64,000 bases of DNA from Lingula anatina. Taxonomy: Eukaryota > Animalia > Brachiopoda. Under the pieces are notes generated by a model, which ran no database searches, was not told where the DNA came from, and saw only the letters and a list, made by a program, of their open reading frames with translations. Location: contig CM120643.1 of the NCBI GenBank assembly GCA_051362555.1, forward strand, positions 3,534,001 to 3,598,000, given 5' to 3'. Of this stretch, positions 23,931-37,211 are shown piece after piece; position 1 is the first letter of the stretch; each line of letters starts with the position of its first letter. Both the position numbers and the translations under genes were made by a program.

Positions 23931-24000
23931 CCTAGAAGCGCCAGGAATCGAACTGGGGACCTTCTGTCTCAGAGGCAAGCGCATTACCTACTCCTCTAAG
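23931..24000 (-). repeat. tRNA-derived (SINE-head-like) sequence, with degenerate neighbours at ~23755 and ~24090
   Basis: The minus strand reads tagaggagtaggtaatgcg (A-box-like) ... ccagttcgattcctgg (B-box/T-arm). It has no intact acceptor stem, so it is not a functional tRNA. Confidence 0.55.
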
Positions 24001-26681
24001 TGTTCCCACCCACCCTCCCCGTGTAGACTTTCTTCTTATAGTAAGCAAAGAAAAATTCTAATAGCACCCCTTTGTAATTCCAAAGTGCCCGAGCCAGAAA
24101 TCGAACCCCAACCCCAGGCTTTCACTGAGCCATGTAGCCATCAGTAAAACACTAAGACATTTTGTATATTCAATAAGTGTTTTATTAAGAGCAATACAAA
24201 TTGCTTTTATGTATTCAAATATTTATGAAACATATATCTGTAAAATATCATCGTCTTCAGTCTTTTTATTACGACAAGTTAAAAAGCGTTTAGTATTTAA
24301 AAGAATATCATGATATTATAGTATAATATTATGATGTCTGCATTTAAATTCACTTGCAGGTGTAAAAAATATATTCGACTTGACAAATAAACTATTTACC
24401 ACACTAATGGTCTTATGTTTGTTCTTAATGACAAAAACAAAATATTTCAACTTCTTCAATAAAAAAAAACACAGTGGTGGATCTAGTCTCCGCCCTCCCC
24501 GAGGAGAGAGACCCATTCTGGACTCGCATGATCAAGTTCTCAAAATACTCCATCTCGCTCCAAATGTCAACATCTGACCCCTTTAAAATGTCCTGCATCT
24601 GCCATTGTGTTTTTTTTTCTATATAATAATGACAATTATGAGATTTTTATTAAATGCTCTGTTTAAAATTGCACGCTTTTTTCAGTCAAACTCTTATTGT
24701 TGGGAGCTTAAAAACGGATACGCACTCTCGTTATGTTTGGCAAAAAAAATGTCAAAAGTCCTACATAAAAAATATATATATACAACGTTTATACTAACAG
24801 CTATTGACAAACTGGAAAGACTAATGAACATTAGATAGAAAATGAATATGAAATAAAAAAAATTCCTTGCAAAAACTACTTAGAGAACAAACTACATGTT
24901 CACTTATGAAATTTGGGTTAAAATCCAATGGACAGATCACGGTATTTCTCATATTTCCTATAGTCTACTACATCCATTTTCAATTAGAAAACAAACTACA
25001 TTTACATAAAATCTGGGTTAAAATCCAAGGGACAGATCACGATTTTTCTCATATTTCCTACATCTATCTTCAATTCGAAAAAAACCCTTCTGAACATAAA
25101 TTCGAATATACATCAATAATTTCTGCTTCATCTGGTCGATAGAATGATGCTGTTAAGACAGAATTGCCGAAAACAGTTAAATTTGGAAAATAAAGCAATT
25201 TTCATTCCCATAAATGTATTTGTTCAACAGATTAATGGCAAAAACATATATTTCAGGATAAAACGTGTACATATTTTACATTGTACGGACTACGTTCAGA
25301 GATAAGTAAAACACGAAAATAGTGTCTTTTCCATCATATGATGGTATTTACATGTACGAAATCAGCTTTTCAAGAAGGGATTTTTCTCAAATAGAAATGA
25401 AATTTCTTAATTCTACATACTTCACCTGAGACACAAAATAATCTATCTTGATTCGTAAAATGGCATCTCTTACTCAACAAGACAGCAAATACTCAAATTT
25501 CAAGAGACGATAATCCTTTTTTCCCTTCTGAACATTGAAAGAAAGACACACAATGAGCGTAAGTCGTCTCATTTTTGATTTCAGTACATTTGGAGAATGA
25601 GACCGAAGTTTACTAAAAATAGAAATTAAGAAGTAGACACCGGACTTGTAGAATTTATAAATGGATTCGATAATGTGTTCATTGGTGATTTAGGTGAAAT
25701 TGTTGAATATTACAAAAAAATATTTGGCTTTAAACCGACATAAAATTTGTGTATTTTTGCGTACTTTATTCCCATTCAAACTAGAAAGTCGCTCCCTGCT
25801 GTCTTGCTGAAGAATACCACATGTACTACCATTTCACAAATGTCACGTGTGACAATCTTGACACTACGATAGTATACAACATACATCAATACAATAAAGC
25901 AAGTTTTTAACTGATGACCATGCTTTCTGATATATCATTACGTTTTAAATATGTTACATTTAATTCGTAAAAGACTTCAAATTCGTGATGTTATACTAAG
26001 AAAAAACACGTAAAAGACAGACACCTTTGGACAAAGCCTTTCCAAATGAGCATTTCGCCCCTTATGTCTTGAAAGATTGATCTTATAATATGTCACGCAG
26101 AAATCAATACAACTTCAATTTAGCTCTCACATTTTAATGAAATGAAATCTTATATATTAATTTATGAAATCTTGCCAATATTCGAAATGGAAGTATTGCT
26201 GTATACTGCTATAACTCCTTAATACTTGAATTATGTTCTTTACTTCGGAAATGGACGTTTGTTACTATACTTTGATCAAAGTCTATAATTCCACTACCAA
26301 CCGCTCACTACCGGGTACGTGTAAATATCAATATGTCAATAGCCAGACTCTCACAAGTCATTTCACAGCATTTTCCCCTCCTTGGCCATTTCTCACGCTA
26401 AACTTCGACTGCCACGACTATTTCTACCGACGAAGTTCAAAATACTGAACATGAAGTGCAAATGCATTTTCCTTTGTTTTATGAGACGTGATGAGATGAA
26501 GTGAAGGAGGAAATAAATGGTACGTGGGGAAAATGTTGGGAAATGTTCAAAACCACTTTTAAGCAAACGGGCGTCAAAAAACTTTTCAAAAATAAATCAC
26601 AATTAAATAATCACCATATACCTAACATTGATTTCTTCAAACATTATTCTGATATGGCTGAAATTACGATATTCGTATACT

Positions 26682-27022
26682 CAGGGGGTGGAAACGCGCT
26701 ACTTATATGATTATGACGAGCCTAACCGTCAGCACCGGATATTAGTTTGTGACCTTGAGGGGCTATTAGGCTTGGTCTTTGCGGCACGCACGAACAGTAG
26801 TCGATCTACCACACCTGGGTCTTTTGTTTTTGACAACTGTTCACTCGTCAAGGAGGTGCTTGTTCAAGACTACAGACTGATATCTACTAGTACTACCAGT
26901 GGCTTCATTAGTAACGTTCCCACAATACATGGTTTTCTGTCTGTGCGTACATACCCTGAATTTGGTTAGCCTCACTGACGAGAACAATGGACGTTTCTTA
27001 CCCCTCTCTAGGATTACCCCTG
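26682..27022. mobile_element. hAT-like non-autonomous element (341 bp), copy B only
   Basis: Ends cagggg / cccctg, flanked by a direct repeat gtatact. Copy A has the empty site ttcgtatacttaat at ~2880. Confidence 0.8.
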
Positions 27023-29052
27023 GTATACTTAATATCTAAGCCGCCTTCGGTCCACTTCCTGATCACTCAGCACTGAGGCAGTGACGTCTCCTTCCAGGCT
27101 GTCCATCCCATTACATTCATGGTAGGGGGAGGTGGCAGGCTGAAGTGACCGCCTTTCCTTTTCAACTCTCACCAATATTTTACGGATGGAACTTCATTTG
27201 TACTTTACAACATTAAAAATACATTGGACAACGTTTGTGTTCAGTATATTTTAAAAAATGCCAGACGAAAATAACTTCAGATCCCTATCAACCCCAAATT
27301 GAAACGACATTATGTGGGTCACTGGCTTTCTTGATATGACTAAATATGGTTCACTGATTTGAATATCTGAGCAGTTTTTGCTATGTTTGACCAAATAGAC
27401 CTTACGATAGAGACTGCAGTGTTTTGATTCTGATGCTGTCTCAACCATGATTGTGACGGATTCCACAAAATATCATCTCATTGTGTTAGTGAAGACATAA
27501 CGCGAGGCGGAAAGGGGGGGATAAAAAGTTCATAAAGAAATTACCTAGTAAGCTATTGAAAATGACAATATGATATTTTAGTTTAAATTAGATGTCGACG
27601 AACCATTCAGTAGAGATAGTTGGATTAAAAAGAAATATGTTGAAATAAAACGGCACAAATATTATGGGGGGAGGGTATGATGATTTTTTTTTTTTTCTTT
27701 TTTTTTTTTATTGCAATAGAAAAAAAGCAAGTACATAAATTTGAGGGTATGATGATGGTATAAAAGGTTTGGGAGAGTCGGGGAAATTGAGTTTTGAGTG
27801 CGTTCGGGTGTTTACCGGTGTCCTTTAACTTTAACACACCAGGTTATACAAACTTTTACAACTTTTGTCTCTAAAAAAACATGTTCAAATTTATATTTTT
27901 CTACTTATATAACTACCGTATTTTTCAACTATAATAATTCACAAAGGTGGACTTCGAATTCCAAGATGACGTCTATTGAGAAAGAGCGCCATTACTAAAA
28001 ACGCAGCACTAGAAAATTAACTGGCAAAGCGTCAACGCTACGAAAGGAACTAAAATTGAAATAAGTTCCAGCAAATGTTATGCTGACGTTATGCGAGAAA
28101 ATCATCGTGACGTTATAATTTAGCGCTGATTTACTCTATCAAATTCTTCCTCTGAAATGTTGCCCCAATGACTAAAAATGAAGCTTACATACTCGTCATC
28201 TCTTGAAATTGAAATTTCAAAAAATTAAAAGAGAAAGAAATTATCGACATTTTTCATTTAAATTAGCGTTTTTACACACAACGAACACGACGCAACGTAA
28301 TGGCGCGTGAAAAAACGACTTAAAATCCCTACGCCGTGACAGTATGTGTCCTACTGTCAGTTACAGATGGAACATTAAGTGCCGACAGAATTTACATGAA
28401 GTCAAAGTTTGCTATTTTTGAACTACACAAAATGTCGGCGATTATCACATCAAGTATGTTTGCCGACTTGCACGAAATATTGCACATTTTCATATATGCA
28501 CTGGGGCCTATTTGTGCAATTATCCAGAAAAACATCAGAAAACATAAGACAGAAGTGCTAATGAATGAGATTTAGTGCTTTTGCTGAACTGTCCCCATAG
28601 GCAATGGGCTAAACAAGACTAGTACAATTTGCGGTTTGAAGGACAAAATGATAGTTTGTTTTTTAAATTCAAAAAATGATTTTTTTTTCGAAGTGAGATA
28701 TTTGGGACTTCATAAAGAAATCTCAACAATATTTCAAAAAATGTCCCAGTAACAAAGCTAGGCTAACGACGTGAGTGTCACCTCTACCTGAGGTGTGCAA
28801 AAAGCTGAATCCCGATGAGAGCCACCTAACGGAGACTGAAATATCGGAGCTAAAAAATGACTTGTTTTAATTATTGATTAAAACAGGCTGTTAGTATGAC
28901 TAAGTTGTAAAACAGCCGATGGATTTCTTGGAACATTGAATGACTTGAATTGGAATATAATAAAGTTCTTAATTGCAAATTTGTTCTACTATAGCAAACT
29001 GCTAACAACACATTTCTAACCGAGGCGTTGCTTTCCTAAGCATAAAAATTAG

Positions 29053-29087
<35 letters not shown>

Positions 29088-32000
29088 GGAGTTGGGGACG
29101 TAGGTCGTGCGCGGGAATCTTCCTCTCTGGCAATTGTCATTGTTGACAGGTATGTAATGGTCGGGGAGAATAGAGGAAGTTGAGTTACAACAAGGTTAAT
29201 GCTACAGTATTTGACCTCAGAAACTTTCTCAACATGATTGTGACGTTGTCCATGAATTTCATCATATTGTGCTAGTGAAGACAGTGATAAATGATAGAGG
29301 ACGCTGATATGATCATTTTTCTTATAATATCTTCGGAGTCTCATAATAATTTTTAAAAATACTCGGAACTTTTTGTACTGAATTCACTTATTTCAAAAGT
29401 TTCCAAATGTCATGAATTTCATTTATATGAAAAAAGAGAACCATGTAACAGTGGTAACCGTACTTGAGGCCCCTGCAGGCGATGTATGTTTTTTCTCTGG
29501 GAATCCACGTCGAGACGTTGTCCAGGATCGAGAAGCTATCTCTATCTAAGAAGCTAATTCCTTGTAAAATTTTACCAATATATAGTAACACGCTTTATAT
29601 TAATGAACATGGGCCTATTTGATCAATACTTTCATCAAGCTTTATTATTTTCTTAAAAATTCCAGTCCTGGGGGAATCTGTCCAGTGCGGACGGCTCCTA
29701 CAATTTCTTTGTAGAATAAAAGAACTCTAACATCTCGTGATTGATAGATATCAATCAAAGCTGTCAAATTTGACAGTTTGAGTAAACATACGTCAATCAC
29801 ATCCATACCGCCAAAGAACTTTTATCTCCTGTGATTGATAGGTGTCAATCAAAGCTGTCAAATTTGACAGCTTGATTGACGGTTAGTTAAGCAAACGTCA
29901 ATCACAATCATCCTGCAAAGGAGCTTTTACTTCCTGTGATTTAGAGGTGCCAATCAAAGCCATTAAAAGTGGATGGCTTGATTGGCAGTTATATAAACAA
30001 ACGTCAATCATCATACTGGTGATCAAGTATAGCTGTCGAACAATGAAAACGCCGTAGAGAGCGGACTGTCCCCAGGATTATTTAAATAAGTAAATTAAAA
30101 TTAGGCGTCATTAATGAGTAAATACAGTGTATAGGCATGTGCAAAAAACAGATATCTTTTACAGTTTAGGGTGCCTGTGTTTAAATTAAAAAGTCTCGGT
30201 CTTACATTTCTATACAAGCAGGCATTTTTAGTTATGTTAAAAATAAGTCCAAGCTACGCTTGCGGTTGGAGATTGTCGGCAGGAGGACTGTTCAGTTTAG
30301 ATGTTTAGAAGATTGGGAGCAAAGGAAAGAATTTGAAATCCAAAAGAAATTGCAAGTCTGTTCTGCGCCAGTATAGCTCTGTAGTCCCACCTTGCTGAGG
30401 GACACATTTTACTTTGTATTGGAGACTCCAAAGGCTATCCTTCAGTTACACGTACACATCAACTCTATGGCATGGAGTGTGTTGACCCGGATTGAAAGAA
30501 AAAGGGAATAGGGCACAGGATAATTACCCACAAGAGGAAAATAGATAAAATAATAAATAAATACACGATAATAAATTAAGTTTGCAGTTATACATATGTT
30601 AACTCCCAGGTCAAAATAGATAATAATTACAAATATTAAAAGCTTTATTAAAGATACTGTATTAGCCGTTTTTATACACACATTAGTTTTCTGTGACAAT
30701 ATTCAATGGTTTCGTTTGGTGTGTCATTTCAGCTTTGACTCTGTAGTTGCTTCCAGTAAAAAAACATACTCAGTTTCTACTCTATATTCGCATATTAGTA
30801 CAACACAAATTCATGTTCGCGATAAATGTCTTCATGTCTACCTTTTTTTAATCATCAGCCTGCTATGCAAATAACGAAATTCAGAGAAAGCAGACGCGTT
30901 CATTATGAGTATCTCCATTCTTATGATTTCGGTTTAGAGATATTCTGTAAGTTATCATTCTTGCATAAGAAAGCACTCTTTCAGTCTGACCTTAAAAGTT
31001 TCCAAAACAAATAAATAAATAAATAGAATAAAAGTAATTTCCAGCGCCCTGATTACATCACACATACCTAACACCGTATTTATTTATTTCTATATGATAA
31101 GGATAGTAGGCTGAGAAAAATGTTTGCAGGGGCGGGGGGGGGGGGGTGTGGATAGGAGCTTATCCCCCCCCCCCCTTTACCCCGCCCTTACATTTTCAGC
31201 CACGTCAGTTCTTAGCGGAGAAGAGGATGATGGGCCCTGTTCATTTCTTTACCACTTTACATATTTATAAACGAGTACTTGATATATTGCATCGAGGGCC
31301 GATACCCCAGTCAGTAGATGGCCAACTTCAAGTGAGTGATTTTTTCGCTGCCCCCAACCCCTTCTCCTACTCGGCGATTCAATGTTTGCACTGATGTCAT
31401 ATTTGCCTGCAGCTTGACAGACGAGACACTTACTTGGCATGGAACACCCCCTGACGTATTTTACTGATAAGGTTGGACCTAGAGGAGTGGTCAGGGACCC
31501 ATTACAGAGAACGACTTCTCACTGTACTTGTTCATCCCCTAGCTTCAGGTTAAACATACCATATCTCATAACATTGGTTTATAGTCATGTTATTCAATTG
31601 ATGATTTTATTCTTACAAAATCATTTGAATGTGGACAGAAATTTTGCTATTTTACAGAAAGAGCTTAAATTGTTATTATGGAGACGATGTGGTAAGTTTG
31701 CTTGTAAATGAAATGAGCAAGAAGATTATGTAGACTTCATTGCGGCAGTTGCCCCTCTTCCCAAAGTTTGGCTTCATGAATATTTGAAGACAATGCACAA
31801 AATGATGATTTAGACTAAAACGAATGACGGGAAAAAGACAACAATAAGCAGAAATTTCGGTATCTTTTATTATTACTTTTGGTGTTGGTGTTTTATTGTA
31901 GAAAAACAATCATAATTATTTGTTTCTTTTTGTGTTAACTTTTTTTGCGTAGTATTCTACTAGTTTTTTTTTTTTTTTCCGAAAATTCATGATAAAACCA

Positions 32001-32138
32001 TGCTAACATTTTTTACAGGGCTATCACAAAGTACACATAGACAGAAAATCTTATAAAATAAAAGTCATCAAGGGGTGTTTCGTCAAGGCTTACGTGTAGC
32101 CGAAATATCGAAAAGACCTTCTTCTTCCTCTACATGTA

Positions 32139-33631
32139 AAGCTGTTTTGTTGCTTCGTGGACTATAAACAATGTTTCGATACTATAGATAGAGCCAAGCT
32201 ATGGCATAAGTTAGCCAAGTTAGGAACCGGTGGCAAATGTCTCTCTGTTATTAAGTCCTTGTATAATAATATCAAAACTGGTATTTTGTTAAATGGAAAG
32301 ATCTCAGATTTTTTCAAAAATAACAATGGAGTTCTTCAGGGAGAGGTTTTGTCCCCGATTCTGTTTTCCCTTTTTGTCAATGACTGTGAATTAGAATTTC
32401 TAAAAAGTGATACCCAGCCAGTTATGATGAATGATTTGTCACTTTTTCTACTCATGTATGCGGACGACATGGTTTTATTCGCTGATTCTGATGAGGGGCT
32501 ACAGAGTATGTTGAACTCCCTATCAACATATACTGATAAATGGTCTTTAACTGTAAATGTTAGAAAAACAAAAATACTGGTATTTAGAAAAGGTGGTGCT
32601 TTAAAAACTGATGAAGTATGGCTATATAAGGGTCACAAACTGGAAGCAGTTAATGAATTCTGTTACCTGGGTGTCACAATGAATTACAATGGTAAATATT
32701 ATAAAACCCAGAAACAACTTGCATTACAATGTCGCAAAGCCATGTTCAGTTTGTTTAGAAAGTGTAGTGATATGAGCTTGAACCATACTACCGCTTTATC
32801 TTTGTTTGACACTTATATATCTAGTATCGCTAATTATGGATGTGAAATATGGGGTCACCATCCTGCCCCTGATATTGAAAATGTGCATTTGGACTTTGGG
32901 AAATTTATTTTGGGGGTTAAACGTTCAACCCCTGACTCAATGATTTATGCAGAGTTAGGAAGATTCCCTTTGGTAACCAATAGGAAATTAAAAATGGTTA
33001 AATACTGGCTTAAACTGAGAAACACAAATAATTGCATTCTAAAAGAATGCCTTAAATATTTTGAGTATGAATTCCGGACTAAACCATCCTGTGGCAATTG
33101 GCTCTCTAAGATTCATGATGTTTTTACAGAAACTGGTCTCAATGATTTTTTTCACTATCCAAGTAATTATGATGAAAAATTTATTGTACCTCTAGTATAT
33201 CAAAAACTAATGGATATTAAACAACAAGCTATATTGTCAGAGATTAACGATTCTAGAAAGTGCTGGCTCTATAGACATGTCATCGACCGTGTTACTATTC
33301 AAACTTATCTTACAAAATCAATCCCGCTCCAGTTTAAGAAAATGATTAGTAAAATAAGATTATCATCCCATAAACTTGCAATTGAAACGGGCAGATACAG
33401 TAAAATCCCTATTTCACAAAGAAAATGTTCCTACTGCAATGATGTGGAGGACGAATTCCACTTTATACTGGGTTGCTCTAGTATTTAGATTTAAGAAAAA
33501 GGTTCATCAAACCTTTCTACTGCAATAGACCCTCGGTGTTCAAATTGGTTCTCCTGCTGAATTCTTCCAGAAAGAAAGTATTATGTAACCTGGCACGATA
33601 TCTTAGCCAAGCAGGAAGGCTTCGGCAATGA
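32139..33631 (+). pseudogene. LINE ORF2 fragment: reverse transcriptase plus C-terminal CCHC zinc finger
   Basis: RT motifs FVDYKQCFD, GVLQGEVLSPILF, YADD and YLG, then C-x2-C...H...C (RKCSYCNDVEDEFHFILGC). The tracked ORF 32157-33488 ends by a frameshift. The shifted frame continues YLDLRKRFIKPFYCNRPSVFKLVLLLNS...RLRQ* to 33631. Confidence 0.95.
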
Positions 33632-33929
33632 GATCTAATCTAATTTGATCTAATTTGATCCAATTTGATCTCATTTGATTCAATTTGATCTCATTTGATT
33701 CAATTTGATTTAATTTGATTTATTTAAGTAGTTTATTTATTTAAGTACTCATGTATTTAATTTATTACAGGTACTATTATTATTGTTATGATGATTATGA
33801 TTGCGATTATTTCTATTATAATTATTCTTTGTAATAACCCTATAGTTGTTGTAACTATATAGTCGTTGTAACATTTGTACCAGTACTAGACTGATGGTCC
33901 TCAAGAGACCAAGGTAATAAATAAATGAA
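32139..33929 (+). mobile_element. 5'-truncated non-LTR retrotransposon (LINE), copy B only
   Basis: Inserted at tacatgta|gattacc, which is uninterrupted in copy A at ~12800. It begins inside the RT domain. The 3' UTR has a 10-bp tandem repeat (33632-33725), a short stem-loop ggtc-ctcaaga-gacc and an aataaataaatgaa tail. No clear TSD. Confidence 0.95.
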
Positions 33930-34718
33930 GATTACCTGTATCTAGACAAGCACATGTACACCTGTATTTGAATAAGTACACATATTCTTTACATCAGCGA
34001 GTTTCCTAGACAGAGAAATTTAAGTAGTGGCAGCTGCAGACAGGTTTATAAAGTATATCTATGTATGGAATATGATATTTGTTAGTTTGATCATAGACAA
34101 CGCAATAACTTGACTTTGTTCAAAAAAATTAAGTAGGTAAAAAATCCAAATGCTGTGAGAAACGACTCAAGACTTTACTTGTTGCTTATATTAAACTTTA
34201 TTTACAACAAACAGGCCTGTTTTCCGCACTTAAACAGTAGGAAAAGACTAAAAAACACATTTTGACACAATCCAACAATTTAATTGTCTAATAAAAAATG
34301 TAATTTTGACACAAGTCAAGGCGGTTTTAAGTTTGAGCGTAATTTACTTGTGTATCACGAACATAATTAAAAAGCGCGTAATAGGATGGTTAGCAATTTA
34401 TACAATTGTAAGATGTCTTAAAGTTTCCCCGTGAACCATCACGACGAGAGACCAAGAAGATTTTAAACTTTGAAATCTTTTTACTTCTGAATATTTTGAC
34501 TTTTATGCCTAGTTTTCGCTTAAAAAAAGAGAAAGAAAATATCCCAATAAAAGTCACCCTAGTCGAACCAGATAAATAGAAGTGCAGTCAAAATCCTAAT
34601 GGAAGACTTAGACACGTACGCATATTTTTACATCATGCGATTTTCACCCAAAAGCTGGGACGAATGCAGTGCATCTCTGAGGCGCGTTTACTATCTATTT
34701 TTCACTTGTGGAATGATT

Positions 34719-34933
34719 GGCTCTATTCCCATAGATTTTAGATCGATCTATCCCCGCGGGGAATCTCACTAGATTACTTTCAGATAATCCGACTTAAATG
34801 TCCGTCCCGCCTACTACAAGCTGTAAGAGGGTAATTAACTTTCGTGTCCGCCCGGCTGACAGCTATTTAGCGTGAACCCCCAGAGAGTTAGGTCGATCTT
34901 AAGTAGGTCGATCTAATCTATGGAAATGGGGTG
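34719..34933. mobile_element. ~215-bp MITE, copy B only
   Basis: TIR tattcccatagatt / aatctatggaaatg with a short duplication of (tg)attg. Copy A has the empty site ggaatgattgtgttag at ~13595. Confidence 0.85.
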
Positions 34934-36036
34934 ATTGTGTTAGTGCAGAAAATTTCTTTCACACCAGATGACAAGTGAAAACTTTAATAAGATTTGTTAA
35001 GCATCATTAATTATCATTAAGATCATCATCATTACAAATCTCTGATATGAGCATCACTTCCGGTCAGTCATATATTACTTCAGGAGACCTTATTTGCATA
35101 TAAGAGAAAAAATGATTTTTGTCTGATTTTGGCTTGTTTCCAATTTTTTCATTACTTTCAAAAAGTAATGTCCCCTTAGGCTCACAAATCGGAACACTTT
35201 TGAGTCATATGCACTGATTGTAAATTGTGTAATTAGAATTTTTTTTAATATCACAGACGTGTATCACGTTTTCACTCCACAGCCATAAAACTCATTGATA
35301 GCTGCATGGGTATAAAAGTAGGTCAATTGCCTGTATAAAATTACGATTATTGAATTTTTAGTCTGGACCGTTTTAGGGGGGAGACAGAAGTGGAAAATGT
35401 ATCAAGATGCCAGCAAAATATTTTGGATGCACGGGGCTACTGAAAAACAAAGTATGTTGCAAAATTTTACAGAAAAGAGTAAAACTAGTCCATATCTCCA
35501 GATTCACCATGTAGAACTTTATAGATGCCAAGGTCCCTCTCTATTTCATCTGACTCTCCCTAAAATGTTTTAGACCGCGTTAACTGTGGTGGCAGACGCT
35601 GATGCTCTGAAGACGACTCATTGCATTCACACAAGGGGGTAAAGGTTTTCTAATGAAATGCTGTATTTTATTACATATGACGAATTGCGTGATAAAGGAA
35701 GGAAAATTGGCTTTTTTAAAATTTATGTTGACTAAGTGTAATACAAGACACTGATATTTCTTCTCATAATTGACAGAATAAAGAAACGCAGAAGGACATA
35801 ACCTATCTCCCCTTACATGGCATATCCTATCTGTGAACTTGATCTACTTTAGCATTCACTCCTACAAACGCTGTGTGGTATCAGTAGAAAGGGGGCGTAT
35901 TTTTTTTTTTGGGGGGGGGAATAATTTTACTACAGCGTTATGTTTTTACTCATATTTTACTCATTTTATATATTATATAATAAAACATTTTTTAAAGAAA
36001 TTCATAGACCTGAATTAAGAGCGTTGGCGACGGTTT

Positions 36037-36207
36037 TGTATCCAAGCCCACAGCTGTTAATTATGCTGGTCTGCACATTCCGTACTTTATTACAATTTTG
36101 ATCTGATTTGTTTCTTTGATGATGATTTAGCTAGGACAACAGTTTACCGACGCACAACTTTAAGCATTGGATTTGCCGCCCGCCCCCCCATCCCCTTCGT
36201 GCCTGGC

Positions 36208-36246
<39 letters not shown>

Positions 36247-36377
36247 GTGCGGGCACACTCACGTGCGTTGTATAGAAAAATAATTCTAACATTTTTCCTC
36301 TCTCTTTGTTTTAGTAAGTCTTTCGATGAACACGAAAATCGAGTCAACACCTGTGCTTATCATACTTAATGGGTACA
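36037..36377. mobile_element. ~340-bp insertion with short IR and (TG)n, copy B only
   Basis: Absent in copy A (gtttttgggacgag at ~14735). Ends are tgtatcca / tgggtaca. Confidence 0.55.
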
Positions 36378-37092
36378 ATTGGGACGAGAAAAGTAAAGAG
36401 ATGTAGCTACTCCGAGCACATATTTTTAAGCGTAAGTTGTGTGTGTAAAAGAGAGAAAAAAATATCGTATCGTAACCGCAAATATTTCACAGCGTAGTGG
36501 ATGTAAAAGAGAGAAAAAAATCGTACCGCAGCAGGGTGTTGTAAAAGATTTTAAATCCTTTAATCATTTTGAAAAATGACAGAAAAGGAATTGTGTTAAA
36601 AAAAGAACCTGTCGCCGCTATTTACAGCACCTTTTTTTATGATAATACATGTAACATGGCTATAGCAATAGTACAAGTAAGATAAGATAAAGTAAGAATT
36701 TATTCAGCCTATAAAAATATTTAAATATAAATATCGGCAATCGTTATCCTTTGAGAGATAAAACTAAGATAAAACACTGGACAATAAAAAAATTATGAAC
36801 TAGGCCTAAAAGTGGAATTAATAAGATTTAAAAAAACTTCTTAAAACCGTTACTGCCCTTAAAAGTCGGAAGTCTACTATTGCTGGATAAAAATTTGAAA
36901 AGAGAACATCCTGGGTGGGTGGGATCCCCATAATTCATTTTGTTGTTTTCTCCATTCTGTCTTTAGTGATACCATCCAGTTGGGGGAGATCTCTTCCAAT
37001 TATTTTACTGGTAATGTTAATAACGTTGGGGTGTTTTCCCCGTTCCTCCACTGTAGCCACCAGATGCATTAAATGTTAAATACTCTCAATAT

Positions 37093-37211
37093 AGAAGTAT
37101 ATATATTGAAGCTCGGATTGCATTTAACAACTATAAAGTAGATCTTTCAAGGTTCATCAATATATATATATACTCCTATTTTTATCAATATCTATACGGT
37201 GGATCAACATG
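37093..37211. other. 119-bp insertion flanked by a 14-bp direct duplication, inside the Rex1-like fragment of copy B
   Basis: aatactctcaatat occurs at 37079-37092 and 37212-37225. It is single-copy in copy A (~15337). Confidence 0.75.

Noticed and set aside
23931-24000. Functional tRNA gene
   Set aside because: A- and B-box-like motifs are present but the acceptor stem does not pair convincingly.
26628-26969. 113-aa ORF and a ctgacga hammerhead-like core at ~26975
   Set aside because: The ORF crosses the insertion junction and has no recognisable motif. No correctly placed GAAA or stems follow the ctgacga.
32157-33488. 443-aa ORF as a host gene or a retron/DGR-type RT system
   Set aside because: It starts at a GTG within RT motifs, has a LINE-type C-terminus and tail, and is absent from the paralogous empty site.
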